DNA of 59,743 bases, from the NCBI GenBank assembly GCA_964539615.1, contig CAZIJP010000001.1, positions 1 to 59,743 of the forward strand, written 5' to 3'. The notes beneath the pieces are model-generated. The model was given only the letters and a program-made list of their open reading frames with translations. It was not told the DNA's origin and did not search any database. Origin of the DNA: an uncultured bacterium. GTDB lineage: Bacteria > Macinerneyibacteriota > Macinerneyibacteria > Macinerneyibacteriales > CAYRFE01. Positions 18,563 to 27,528 of this stretch are shown in pieces; within the stretch, counting starts at the first letter, position 1; each line of letters starts with the position of its first letter. The position numbers were made by a program, and so were the translations under genes.

Positions 18563-19468
18563 TTAGTATAACATTAACATGTTTTCAAGGGACTTGCGAG
18601 CTCTGTCCATGAGGTTTTTATCTAACTTAATTGCTTCCCTACCGGTCTCCAAAGCATGTTTCACGTCTTGAAGTGTTGTTTTTTTCATATTTGAACACGT
18701 AAAGATTCTTCCCATTGTATAAAATTCTTTATCCGGGAAATCTTTTTTCAGTTTATAGATCATACCCTGCTCGGTACCGATAAGAAATTTTTTCTTTTCC
18801 GATGATGCTACATATTTTATCATTTGTCCCGTTGATAAAACCGCATCCGCAAGATCTAGCACGTCAATTGGAGCTTCCGGATGAACGATCACGACACCGT
18901 CAGGATGTTCAGTTCTTGCGCTCATAACGTCTGTGGTGGTCATTCTGTTATGTACAAAACAAAAGCCCGGCCATAATTCGACGGTCTTTTTTGTCTGCCG
19001 CTTTACCCATGTACCAAGGTTTTTATCAGGAAGAAAATAGATTTTGTCATTTGGTACTTTTTCCACAATATCCACTGCATTTGCTGACGTACAACAAATA
19101 TCCACCTCAGCTTTTACCTCTGCACTGGTATTCACATAAGCAACGATCGTATGATCCGGATATTGTTCGCGAATCATCTTAACATTATCGGCGGTGATCA
19201 TATCAGCCATCGGGCATCCGGCATCACTGTTCGGCAATAGTATTGTTTTATCCGGTGCTAGAATTTTAGCGCTTTCCGCCATGAACCTAACACCGCAGAA
19301 TACAATGAGATCAGATTCGAATTGTTTGGCTTTTTTCGATAGTTCCAATGAATCACCTAAAAAATCAGCAATATCCTGAATTTCCGGATTTTGATAGTTA
19401 TGAGCAACGATTATGGCATTTTTTTCTTTTTTTAGTGTTATTATTTCTTCTTTTAATTCTTCAAACAT
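18563..19468 (-). CDS. nadA: quinolinate synthase
   Basis: 301-aa ORF containing AHNYQNPEIQDIADFLGDSLELS, a conserved Cys pattern for the 4Fe-4S cluster, and the typical short-form length. Confidence 0.9.
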   Translation of the reverse strand: MFEELKEEIITLKKEKNAIIVAHNYQNPEIQDIADFLGDSLELSKKAKQFESDLIVFCGVRFMAESAKILAPDKTILLPNSDAGCPMADMITADNVKMIREQYPDHTIVAYVNTSAEVKAEVDICCTSANAVDIVEKVPNDKIYFLPDKNLGTWVKRQTKKTVELWPGFCFVHNRMTTTDVMSARTEHPDGVVIVHPEAPIDVLDLADAVLSTGQMIKYVASSEKKKFLIGTEQGMIYKLKKDFPDKEFYTMGRIFTCSNMKKTTLQDVKHALETGREAIKLDKNLMDRARKSLENMLMLY

Positions 19469-19886
19469 TGTAGTATTCCTCTCCTTTTTCGAGGATATCG
19501 GCCAAAGTCATCGTAGTTAATACTTGGATGACAGCTTTGTTCACTTCGTTCCAAATATCGGAAATAAAACACGGTTTATTATGACTGCTCTCACAATGAA
19601 CTATCGGTTTCAGGCAATCACTGATAAAGAGTTCTCCCTCAAGCAAACGGTATAACGAGTAAACGGTTATGTCTTTAGGTTCTTTTGCAAGGAATACACC
19701 GCCGTTTTTTCCTCGCAAGGTCTTCAGGATACCTTCCTGTACCATGAGCATGACCAATTGGCGCAAATAATTATTGGATATATTTTCGCGCTTCGCTATC
19801 GAACTAATCGTCAAGGAGTTATCTTTTTCAAGTGCAATATCGACAAGTATCTTAACCGCATATCGCACTTTAGCTGAAATCTTCAT
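19461..19886 (-). CDS. Rrf2-family transcriptional regulator with a three-Cys (Fe-S type) motif
   Basis: MKISAKVRYAVKILVDIAL is a classic Rrf2 N-terminal wHTH. It carries C-x6-C-x7-C (CLKPIVHCESSHNKPC). The 3' end overlaps the nadA start by 8 nt. I prefer the start at M19 of the track ORF. Confidence 0.8.
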   Translation of the reverse strand: MKISAKVRYAVKILVDIALEKDNSLTISSIAKRENISNNYLRQLVMLMVQEGILKTLRGKNGGVFLAKEPKDITVYSLYRLLEGELFISDCLKPIVHCESSHNKPCFISDIWNEVNKAVIQVLTTMTLADILEKGEEYYNV

Positions 19887-19973
19887 ATGCACCTTCCTTA
19901 TCGTTATTAAAATGCTAACATTTAAAACAGCCCTTGTCAAGCGACTGTTGAAAAAAACAATAACGATACGGCG

Positions 19974-20726
19974 TCATTTACGCAACAATACACAATACTG
20001 CGCGTCCGTTCCAATAAATCTTTCTACGTGCCAGGCAGAATTCTTAACAATATCGAGTATTTCTTCTTGAGAAGCGAATAAATAGTCAAAATAGGGAGTC
20101 TTCAGAGTTTTATACCGTATTCTTATACGAACTTGTCCGCTCATACGGCACAGATCACGATTGGTCCGTTGATAAGTAAGATGCTCGGGGAGATCAGTTC
20201 GGTATGGATCTAATACGTGAGCAATTATCAGTGCGTTATCAGGCATGATTCGGTTCAATTTTACTAATTGGTCCAACATTTTATGCCGGCTTTGAAATAA
20301 TCCGAAATTATTTCCGAACAGTACAAGCGTATCAAAAATACCGTCTCGTTTTGATAAAGACATAAAAGGTTTGCATAACGTTTGGTTGACACCGCGAAGT
20401 TTACAAACCTCCATCGCAAGCGGAGAATTATCAAGCGCTGTTACGAAAAGACCTTTTTCCTGTAAGTATAACGATACCCTGCCTGCCCCGGCACCGACAT
20501 CAAGAATGTTGCCGAAAGCATGGCCTATAGCTTCTCTTTCTACATCCATCCACGCATCAAACGGTTGGAAATAAAAATCGGCATTATCGGTATCAATATA
20601 CCCGTCGCAACGCTCAATAATATGAGGTATAACCGTTCCCGATTTATAATAATCCAATAATACTTGACCGAAAGCATCGTGCAAATCAGGCATTACGACT
20701 CTGTTCAACTGATATAGGTGCAACAA
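19974..20726 (-). CDS. class I SAM-dependent methyltransferase
   Basis: 250-aa ORF with the motif I sequence [12 protein letters not shown] followed by an acidic post-I residue (ALDNS). Confidence 0.7.
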   Translation of the reverse strand: MLHLYQLNRVVMPDLHDAFGQVLLDYYKSGTVIPHIIERCDGYIDTDNADFYFQPFDAWMDVEREAIGHAFGNILDVGAGAGRVSLYLQEKGLFVTALDNSPLAMEVCKLRGVNQTLCKPFMSLSKRDGIFDTLVLFGNNFGLFQSRHKMLDQLVKLNRIMPDNALIIAHVLDPYRTDLPEHLTYQRTNRDLCRMSGQVRIRIRYKTLKTPYFDYLFASQEEILDIVKNSAWHVERFIGTDAQYCVLLRK

Positions 20727-21016
20727 TAATCGTAGATATCTTTAACTTTCAGTTTAAAACTTGAATTTGCCGGTACGCTGTAGGATTCGCCTTCTTTATA
20801 TTCACGCCAATCGGTTTGATCGGCCAATTGAATTTCAACCGCACCACCTAAAGTATCCATCAACTCTGCCGCTCCGGTTTTAAACTCATAGTCGCCTGCA
20901 AGCATCACGCCAAGGGTTTTCTTTGACCCGTCCGAAAACAATACCGTTCTGCTGGTCACTTTTCCGTTGAAATACACATTCGCTTTTTTCACGATCGTTA
21001 CATTCTTGAATTCCAT
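20705..21016 (-). CDS. ppnP: pyrimidine/purine nucleoside phosphorylase PpnP (DUF1255)
   Basis: About 103 aa with a cupin-like sequence, [11 protein letters not shown]...[11 protein letters not shown]...E.M....G...I.L....DW..Y..G.S..VP..S.F.L.V, closely resembling E. coli YaiE/PpnP. AAGGAG precedes the ATG at 21016. Confidence 0.8.
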   Translation of the reverse strand: MEFKNVTIVKKANVYFNGKVTSRTVLFSDGSKKTLGVMLAGDYEFKTGAAELMDTLGGAVEIQLADQTDWREYKEGESYSVPANSSFKLKVKDIYDYCCTYIS

Positions 21017-21114
21017 AGTCAACTCCTTTTTTTGTTTAAGCTTTTTTGAACGACTGTTATTTTATCGATCATCTATATTCTTGTCAAAGGAATAGTTCAT
21101 AAATAATGATTCAC

Positions 21115-21759
21115 TTAATCGGAACGTTTCACACGGAAAAAATAAAATCGATGCCCCCATTCACGGGCTTTGTTCATGTAGGTTGAATCATGAAATTCCG
21201 GCATATCATCGCTGTACCACGTATCCCCAATAGGCGTAAAAAAATCAAGACTGTTTAAACATGCTTCGATCCATTCGGCATATCCGTCATGATCCGTGAC
21301 CATGATAAGCTCAGTGTCTATAGACATACGGCTATGGATTTTTCGCAAGGTATCGCCATTGATTATTCTCCTGTTCCAATGGCGTTTTTTGGGCCACGGG
21401 TCAGGAAAATTGATATAAATTCTTTCCAACTCGATTGAATCAGCTAAATGAGTAAAGATATCGCCGATATCATTAAGAAACAAACGAATGTTTTGCAAAC
21501 CGGATTCATAAATCCGCTTTACTGCTCGCTGCAATACCGGCTCGGCATAATCTATGCCGACAAATTGTTTTTGCGGGTATTTCTTTGCTTCTTCCACAAG
21601 AAATTCTGCCTTCCCGCAACAACATTCAATCACGAGGGGTTTATCGGTTTTAAAGTGAGTCCATTGCTCTGGAAACCCCGTCTCTTCCGACCATTGCAAT
21701 ACGAATCCCGCCCATAAAGAAGGCGGGATCGTTATAGAACGCATTCTGCTTCTGCGCAT
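21115..21759 (-). CDS. trmB: tRNA (guanine46-N7)-methyltransferase
   Basis: 214-aa ORF carrying the FPDPWPKKRH signature together with IECCCGKAEF / VGIDY SAM-binding motifs. Confidence 0.85.
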   Translation of the reverse strand: MRRSRMRSITIPPSLWAGFVLQWSEETGFPEQWTHFKTDKPLVIECCCGKAEFLVEEAKKYPQKQFVGIDYAEPVLQRAVKRIYESGLQNIRLFLNDIGDIFTHLADSIELERIYINFPDPWPKKRHWNRRIINGDTLRKIHSRMSIDTELIMVTDHDGYAEWIEACLNSLDFFTPIGDTWYSDDMPEFHDSTYMNKAREWGHRFYFFRVKRSD

Positions 21760-21760
21760 A

Positions 21761-22993
21761 TCAGACGATTTTCACAAATATTGCAAAAAGACACGCGGAT
21801 GTAAATGCGGCTATCGGAACGGTAATAACCCAGGAGACCACAATTTGTTTGAGTATCCCGAAATTCACAGCTTCAACGCCGCGCGCATAGCCGATACCAA
21901 CTACGGCTCCGACAACAGTATGTGTCGAAGAAACCGGCAAGCCTAATGAAGAGGCCGCTAAAACGGTTGTTGCCGTGCCGATATTGATCGCAAAACCTCG
22001 CGTATTATTGATCTCTGTAATATTTTCTCCTATCGTCTTCATGACCTTATAACCTAATAAAAATACTCCCAATGATATCCCCAATCCGCCTAAAACAAGC
22101 AACTCGCCCGGGATCGGCGCTTTTGCACTGATTGAGCCCAACTTAACGATAGCATAGATAGCGGCAAGAGGACCGATCGCATTGGCCACATCGTTCGCTC
22201 CGTGAGCAAATGAAACATAACATGATGTAAAAACCTGTAATCGTTTGAAAATTTGTTCAACTGATTGAAATTCGTCTTCAGTGGATTGTATACGTTGTAA
22301 CAATAGCTTTGTCACGATACCGGAAATCAAACCAATACTAATCGATAGTAACCACGAATATCCGATACTAATCGTTCCGGCAGGAAGCACACTTACACAA
22401 AACAAGATACAAATAGACAACATTGTTACGCCAACCAGCATTGGGCCGACCCGTTTTGCTGCAGCAAAAGGCGATACCCTATGAAGTATAAGCCATGAAA
22501 TAAGTTTAAAGATACCAAACGCAACTAATCCGCCGAGAAACGGAGATATGAACCAGCTTGCCACAATAAAAATGATCTTTGCCCATTTGACGGTCTCCCA
22601 ACCAAACGCGACTATTGCAAAGCCTGCCATAGCGCCGACGATCGAATGGCTTGTCGAGACAGGCATGGAAAAAAATGTGGCTATAAAAACCCACAACGCG
22701 GCAGCTGTTATGGCCGCAAATGCACCGGCAATAAACATAGTGTTTCCGTCGGGCATCTTTGTTATCAGATCAACATTGAAAATCCCGGATTTAATTGTAT
22801 CGGTAACATTTGAGCCAAAAAGATATGCGCCGCCAAATTCAAGCAAGCCGGCAATTACTAATGCCTGTTTGATCGTGATCGCTTTTGCTCCGACTGCCGT
22901 AGCCATCGAATTTGCAACATCATTTGCCCCGATCGACATTGCCATTACAAAGGCGATTATCGCTGCAACTATTAAAATTGTTTCCGGACTCAT
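21761..22993 (-). CDS. PiT-family inorganic phosphate transporter
   Basis: 410-aa polytopic protein with duplicated GANDVAN signatures (aa about 22 and about 265). Confidence 0.85.
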   Translation of the reverse strand: MSPETILIVAAIIAFVMAMSIGANDVANSMATAVGAKAITIKQALVIAGLLEFGGAYLFGSNVTDTIKSGIFNVDLITKMPDGNTMFIAGAFAAITAAALWVFIATFFSMPVSTSHSIVGAMAGFAIVAFGWETVKWAKIIFIVASWFISPFLGGLVAFGIFKLISWLILHRVSPFAAAKRVGPMLVGVTMLSICILFCVSVLPAGTISIGYSWLLSISIGLISGIVTKLLLQRIQSTEDEFQSVEQIFKRLQVFTSCYVSFAHGANDVANAIGPLAAIYAIVKLGSISAKAPIPGELLVLGGLGISLGVFLLGYKVMKTIGENITEINNTRGFAINIGTATTVLAASSLGLPVSSTHTVVGAVVGIGYARGVEAVNFGILKQIVVSWVITVPIAAFTSACLFAIFVKIV

Positions 22994-23008
22994 TATAATG
23001 CCTTTCTG

Positions 23009-23683
23009 TTATTTTAAAAATGCACGTAATATTTCTGCGGTATTTTCTGCAGTATCGGTCATGTCACCCAGTATACCAACCATCTCACGGAAAAAAATGA
23101 GATCGATCGGATTCAGTATTTTTTTCTTCGCATACATCCATTTGCCTATCTCAAGAGACAATTCGTCGACCACATTTTCAATTCTGTCTATCTCTGCATA
23201 ATCCCGTTCTTCCCTCTGTATGAATTTATCTGCAAATGACGAATCAAGTACCCGACGAAGGTCTGTGACCATATCCTGAAGAAGATCGACAGAACGTTCA
23301 ACTTGTTTTACCATTTCGATAAATTTCAATTTTATTTCTTCATCGAGACCTTCTACGCGGTTGAGACTCATTTTAAGGGCGATGTCCTCAACAGCATCGA
23401 TCAGGTCATCCTGATAATGCAGGTAATCCAACATACTTTTTATGGCAAACGGTACTTTTACACTGCTTTTCAATACATTACGCAATTTGAATTTGATCTC
23501 ATCAGCTTCATGTTCACGCCGACAGATATATTCAACCATTTCAGTAATATCTTCTCCTTTAAAATAACGTTCTGTCAGCGGTAAAAGTTTTTTCCCAAGC
23601 TCGTCAAGAATGTCTGCATGTTGAATAAGTAATTTTAAAGGGGCATCCTGGGGAAACAAATTAGATAGAACTGAACGAAACAT
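23009..23683 (-). CDS. DUF47/PhoU-like phosphate transport regulator (TIGR00153-type)
   Basis: 224-aa all-helical protein immediately upstream of the PiT gene, which is the conserved pairing (as in B. subtilis ykaA-pit). Confidence 0.7.
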   Translation of the reverse strand: MFRSVLSNLFPQDAPLKLLIQHADILDELGKKLLPLTERYFKGEDITEMVEYICRREHEADEIKFKLRNVLKSSVKVPFAIKSMLDYLHYQDDLIDAVEDIALKMSLNRVEGLDEEIKLKFIEMVKQVERSVDLLQDMVTDLRRVLDSSFADKFIQREERDYAEIDRIENVVDELSLEIGKWMYAKKKILNPIDLIFFREMVGILGDMTDTAENTAEILRAFLK

Positions 23684-23851
23684 ACTAATTCTCCTTTACT
23701 TTTTCTACGGCTACACTAAATTACATAGAAGGATTTGTCAATATTTTTTACTGATAATACGCTGAGATAAAAAATTACTACCGGCAAATGTACCAAAAAA
23801 CGGGCAATTACATAGTGTGTGCCGTTTTATGTTTGTTGTGCTTTGTTGTGC

Positions 23852-23880
23852 TTGACTTTGCCATATCATTCGTTTAAAAT
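23852..23880 (+). promoter_or_regulatory. sigma70-like promoter candidate
   Basis: TTGACT (23852-23857), a 17-nt spacer, then TAAAAT (23875-23880). It is preceded by a tandem tgttgtgct duplication and lies upstream of the 23898 operon. The leader would be very short. Confidence 0.35.
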
Positions 23881-23897
23881 ATAAATGGAGGTACTAT

Positions 23898-24221
23898 ATG
23901 GATGAACAAATGAATATAATCATTAATTCACCGACTTTTTTAGAGAAACACTCAATGCTTTTACTTATTCTCGTAATATTCTTTTTTCTTCTGATCCAAT
24001 GGCATATATACAGACATATTAAAATCTTTAAACCGGATTTTTTCAAAAAAGCATTCCTGATTCCGATTTATTATCCGTTACGTTACGCTTATGCCGAGAT
24101 GGACCGTACTGAAGCCATCATTTGTATTATCTGTACGCTGGTGTCTTTGGCATTAATAATTGTATTACTCGTGGTTCATGGTACATTTGTTCATAATTTC
24201 CAACAACCGATAAATCTGTAG
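23898..24221 (+). CDS. small membrane protein, unknown function
   Basis: 107-aa ORF with two predicted TM segments. GGAGG lies 7 nt before the ATG. Confidence 0.45.
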   Translation: MDEQMNIIINSPTFLEKHSMLLLILVIFFFLLIQWHIYRHIKIFKPDFFKKAFLIPIYYPLRYAYAEMDRTEAIICIICTLVSLALIIVLLVVHGTFVHNFQQPINL

Positions 24222-24225
24222 ACAC

Positions 24226-24576
24226 ATGATTCAAGTTTTCGGAACCGCAAAATGCAAAGATACGCAAAAAGCGATACGTTTTTTCAAAGAACGAACCGTT
24301 AAAATTCAATTCATTGATCTTTCACAAAAGGCAGTATCAAAAGGAGAACTCGACAGTATACTGCTGACCGTTAAACTAGATGATTTGCTCAATAAAAATT
24401 CCAAAGAATATGAACGTTTAAACCTACAGTATATGGTACACGATGTTCGTGAACAACTTCTGGAACATCCGTTACTGCTGACCACTCCGATCGTACGATT
24501 CAAAACAAAAGCCGTTGTCGGCTTGAAACCGGAAGTTTGGAACGAATGGGCAACAGAAAGCAAAAAGAAACAGTAA
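24226..24576 (+). CDS. ArsC/Spx/YffB-family thioredoxin-fold protein
   Basis: 116-aa ORF. Its N-terminus (IQVFGTAKCKDTQKAIRFFKE) follows the ArsC-family beta-alpha start with a single Cys, and the C-terminal TPIVR motif is present. Confidence 0.65.
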   Translation: MIQVFGTAKCKDTQKAIRFFKERTVKIQFIDLSQKAVSKGELDSILLTVKLDDLLNKNSKEYERLNLQYMVHDVREQLLEHPLLLTTPIVRFKTKAVVGLKPEVWNEWATESKKKQ

Positions 24577-25292
24577 CATCAACAGTGATCAACCAAACAA
24601 TAGATCTTCTCAATCAAGATCCGGTACGGAATGCCAACTGCCTCGGGTTTTTAAAAAACAATCCGATCTCCTCCATTCATTCGTGCGGTAAATCAGTTAT
24701 GATCGTTGGCACCAGCGACCGAGAATGGGTTTTTTTGAGTAGTGACTCTCTCGCCGAATTGGATATTATCAATACTGAACACTGTTTAAAATACAATAAT
24801 TTTGCTGTGGTAGAAGACAACTTTATTCCCATTCTCTCTCATAATCGGGAAGTAATCTGGAAAATGAGCACATATCGATTCTATTTACCGGCTTCAGTTT
24901 CGATTACCGTCGACACAACAATTGTTCGGCCACTACAAACCGGTGATGCTTCGGCGATCTATGAGGTCGCTACATATAAACAATATTTGACACAAGAATA
25001 TCTTCGCGAGCGTATCGCCAATGGCCCGAGCGCCGGTATCAAAATAAACGGAAGATTGATCGCATGGTGTATGACCCATGATGACAATGCGATAGGCGTT
25101 TTACAAACATTACCCGAATTTCAGGGTCACGGGTTTGCAAGAGCCGTCTCTGCTTATGTTATCCAAGCTGTTCGCAATTCAGGCGATTTGCCGTTTTTGC
25201 ATATTGAACCGTCAAACTCTGCATCCTTAGCATTATCGGCATCAATGGGGTTTGTAAAGGACAGATTGGTTCATTGGCTAGGGATGAAGTAA
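24537..25292 (+). CDS. GNAT-family N-acetyltransferase
   Basis: The C-terminal half carries acetyl-CoA motif A (LPEFQGHGFARAV) and a FR47-like end. The start is uncertain (ATG 24537 or 24546, or GTG 24585) because the 5' end overlaps the previous gene. Confidence 0.6.
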   Translation: MERMGNRKQKETVTSTVINQTIDLLNQDPVRNANCLGFLKNNPISSIHSCGKSVMIVGTSDREWVFLSSDSLAELDIINTEHCLKYNNFAVVEDNFIPILSHNREVIWKMSTYRFYLPASVSITVDTTIVRPLQTGDASAIYEVATYKQYLTQEYLRERIANGPSAGIKINGRLIAWCMTHDDNAIGVLQTLPEFQGHGFARAVSAYVIQAVRNSGDLPFLHIEPSNSASLALSASMGFVKDRLVHWLGMK

Positions 25293-25295
25293 ATT

Positions 25296-25886
25296 ATGCC
25301 GAATTTATTTGACGATGATCCTGTAATCCCTAAGATCGTATTTTTTGATTTTGAAACGAATGGTTTTTATCCCGCAAGCGTGGTAGAAGCATATTGCCTG
25401 AAATGTACGTATGACGGTGTATTTTTTTCTCCTACCGATGTATTTCACCGGTATTATTTTCCCAAAGAAGAAGTAAATTATCAAGCGGTTAAAATCCACG
25501 GATTGACCATTGATAAAATAGCATTTTTACGCCGCAGCGAACATTACTCACCTCATTTTATTGATGACGGTGATTTTATTTCATTCGCCGAAGATATAAC
25601 TCATTGGGTTGCACATAACATTTCCTTCGACGCATCATTTATTTCTCTGCCGATGGACAGACAATTCTGCACTATGAAAAGCAATACCGATATACTGGCT
25701 ATCCCCCGAAACGGAGGCGGTTTTAAATACCCCAATCTTTCTGAGACCGCACAATTCTACGGGATACCGTTTGATGCGAACGCTGCTCACGGCGCTTCAT
25801 ATGATACTTTAGTTTTATTTGACATTTTTAAAGAAATGCATCGGCGAAAAACACAATCATTACTAACTTTTATAAAAGGTTTATAA
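25296..25886 (+). CDS. DEDDh-type 3'-5' exonuclease (DnaQ-like)
   Basis: Exo I (FFDFETNG), Exo II (HNISFDASF) and Exo III (HGASYDTLV) motifs are present in the correct order and spacing. It starts 4 nt after the GNAT stop. Confidence 0.8.
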   Translation: MPNLFDDDPVIPKIVFFDFETNGFYPASVVEAYCLKCTYDGVFFSPTDVFHRYYFPKEEVNYQAVKIHGLTIDKIAFLRRSEHYSPHFIDDGDFISFAEDITHWVAHNISFDASFISLPMDRQFCTMKSNTDILAIPRNGGGFKYPNLSETAQFYGIPFDANAAHGASYDTLVLFDIFKEMHRRKTQSLLTFIKGL

Positions 25887-25947
25887 TAAACAGTATTTTT
25901 TCCTTGCATGCATTGAATGCTTGCCTATACTCAGAGAAGGAGGAACG

Positions 25948-27078
25948 ATGGACAATAATAACACCCCGAATAATTCAATGAAGACCTCTGCCTTTATCAT
26001 TAATTGGCTTATTATAGAAGAAGATTTCCAAAAAATTAAATCAGATACCAGCTTGATAGCATTACAGTTAAAAAAAATATTCCTGAAAAACGGGAAACTC
26101 AATGATTATGCTCAAGCGCATTTTAAAAACTTTGAATATGTTTGTGAAAAACTGACTCAATTCACAATTGATTCTCTTCTAGAAGATAAGACCCTCGGTA
26201 TCGTTCCGGGCAATATCAACGTTATGGGTTTTTCGCCGATACGCATGGAATTATCGCGCATCGAAGAAATCATTACAAATCACATAACTGCTTGTACGGA
26301 TGAGATAGCAAAACTTGAAAAAAGTTCTATACAAAAAATGTTGTCGAAAAAGACCATTGAAGAATATCGAACGCAATTAAATGATTCGAAACAGGTTATT
26401 TCACTAATGAAACGAATCGGCGCTACAATGGAAGATATTTACCTGAAAATTTCTCAAGATATCAACACGGTACTTATTCAGTATATCAACGGTATTCGAA
26501 CGGTCGTGAAAGATATAGAATGCAGTAAAAACAATTTGGCGCATATCATGGTTAAATTAAACCTGTCGATAGAAATGCTTCAGATGAACTCAAAGATTTC
26601 TTCTGATTTTTCCTTGATCAATCTGCTTCTCACTGTTGGCAGAATAAAAAAAGTCGAAGATTTTCTTATGTCGATCATTATTCCCAAAGAAGATTTTGAC
26701 GAAGATTATATAATAAATATTTCTGCAAACAAGGTCATTAATCGCTATCTTTTGAATTTAAAACAACATTTTGATGAAAAGATCGATCTATTCTTAACCG
26801 ATATAGAAACTCTAATTTCACAGGATACTCGTACTTTTTTACCGAACTTAAATCACTCCGCCATGATCGTTCAAACCGTGAATTATTTGATCCAAAAAGA
26901 AATCATCACGATACCAACATTGAGAATTCGAGAAATGACCTCTCATCAGGCATCCATGGTCTCAGGATACGAATTTATTCCGTTGCTGCTCATGAATTCT
27001 GAAGCCGATGAATTGGCACTAAAAGTGTACTATTATTCAAGCGATGACGGGACACTATATTTTACCGTCAAGGAATAA
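25948..27078 (+). CDS. hypothetical all-helical protein (376 aa), no recognisable motif
   Basis: GAAGGAGG precedes the ATG at 25948. The ORF is long, uninterrupted and rich in I, L, N and K. Its stop is directly abutted by the next ATG (TAAATG). Confidence 0.55.
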   Translation: MDNNNTPNNSMKTSAFIINWLIIEEDFQKIKSDTSLIALQLKKIFLKNGKLNDYAQAHFKNFEYVCEKLTQFTIDSLLEDKTLGIVPGNINVMGFSPIRMELSRIEEIITNHITACTDEIAKLEKSSIQKMLSKKTIEEYRTQLNDSKQVISLMKRIGATMEDIYLKISQDINTVLIQYINGIRTVVKDIECSKNNLAHIMVKLNLSIEMLQMNSKISSDFSLINLLLTVGRIKKVEDFLMSIIIPKEDFDEDYIINISANKVINRYLLNLKQHFDEKIDLFLTDIETLISQDTRTFLPNLNHSAMIVQTVNYLIQKEIITIPTLRIREMTSHQASMVSGYEFIPLLLMNSEADELALKVYYYSSDDGTLYFTVKE

Positions 27079-27429
27079 ATGCCGACAGATTTTTTTTACA
27101 AGGTCATTTCTATCATTCGCGCCATTCCAATCGGTAAGGTCATGTCCTACGGTTCAATTGCGGAAACTGCGGGAAATTCAAGGGCATCACGCCAGGTTAG
27201 TCGGATATTACATAGTTCATCAGGGGCATATGCACTGCCATGGCATCGTGTTGTGAATAAATCCGGTTGTGTTGTATTAAAGGGAGAAGGATTTTTTGAG
27301 CAATGCACGTTACTTAAAAACGAAGGGATCGATCTTACTGATAGCGGTTGCATTCCTGAACAATATTTCTGGACCCCGAAAAATATACTTCAAAACACCA
27401 ATGATTTTTATAAAGACATAGGAATATAA
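27079..27429 (+). CDS. alkyltransferase-like protein (ATL): MGMT DNA-binding fold with Trp in place of the active-site Cys
   Basis: YGSIAETAGNSRASRQVSRIL is followed by PWHRVV (W55, codon 27241-27243) where O6-alkylguanine transferases have PCHRV. At 116 aa it contains only the C-terminal domain. Confidence 0.8.
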   Translation: MPTDFFYKVISIIRAIPIGKVMSYGSIAETAGNSRASRQVSRILHSSSGAYALPWHRVVNKSGCVVLKGEGFFEQCTLLKNEGIDLTDSGCIPEQYFWTPKNILQNTNDFYKDIGI

Positions 27430-27528
27430 TCTTCCACCTAAATGTTTAATCCGTCTTCCCCTCTTTTTTGATCGGTTCACGAAGAATATCATTGTGTTCT
27501 CATTTGAACGGTTATATAATGAATACAT

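Noticed and set aside
22548-23201. 217-aa plus-strand ORF
   Set aside because: It lies entirely antisense to the PiT transporter and DUF47 genes, which carry clear family motifs (duplicated GANDVAN). It has the Ala/Ile-rich low-complexity composition typical of a shadow frame, and it has no SD.
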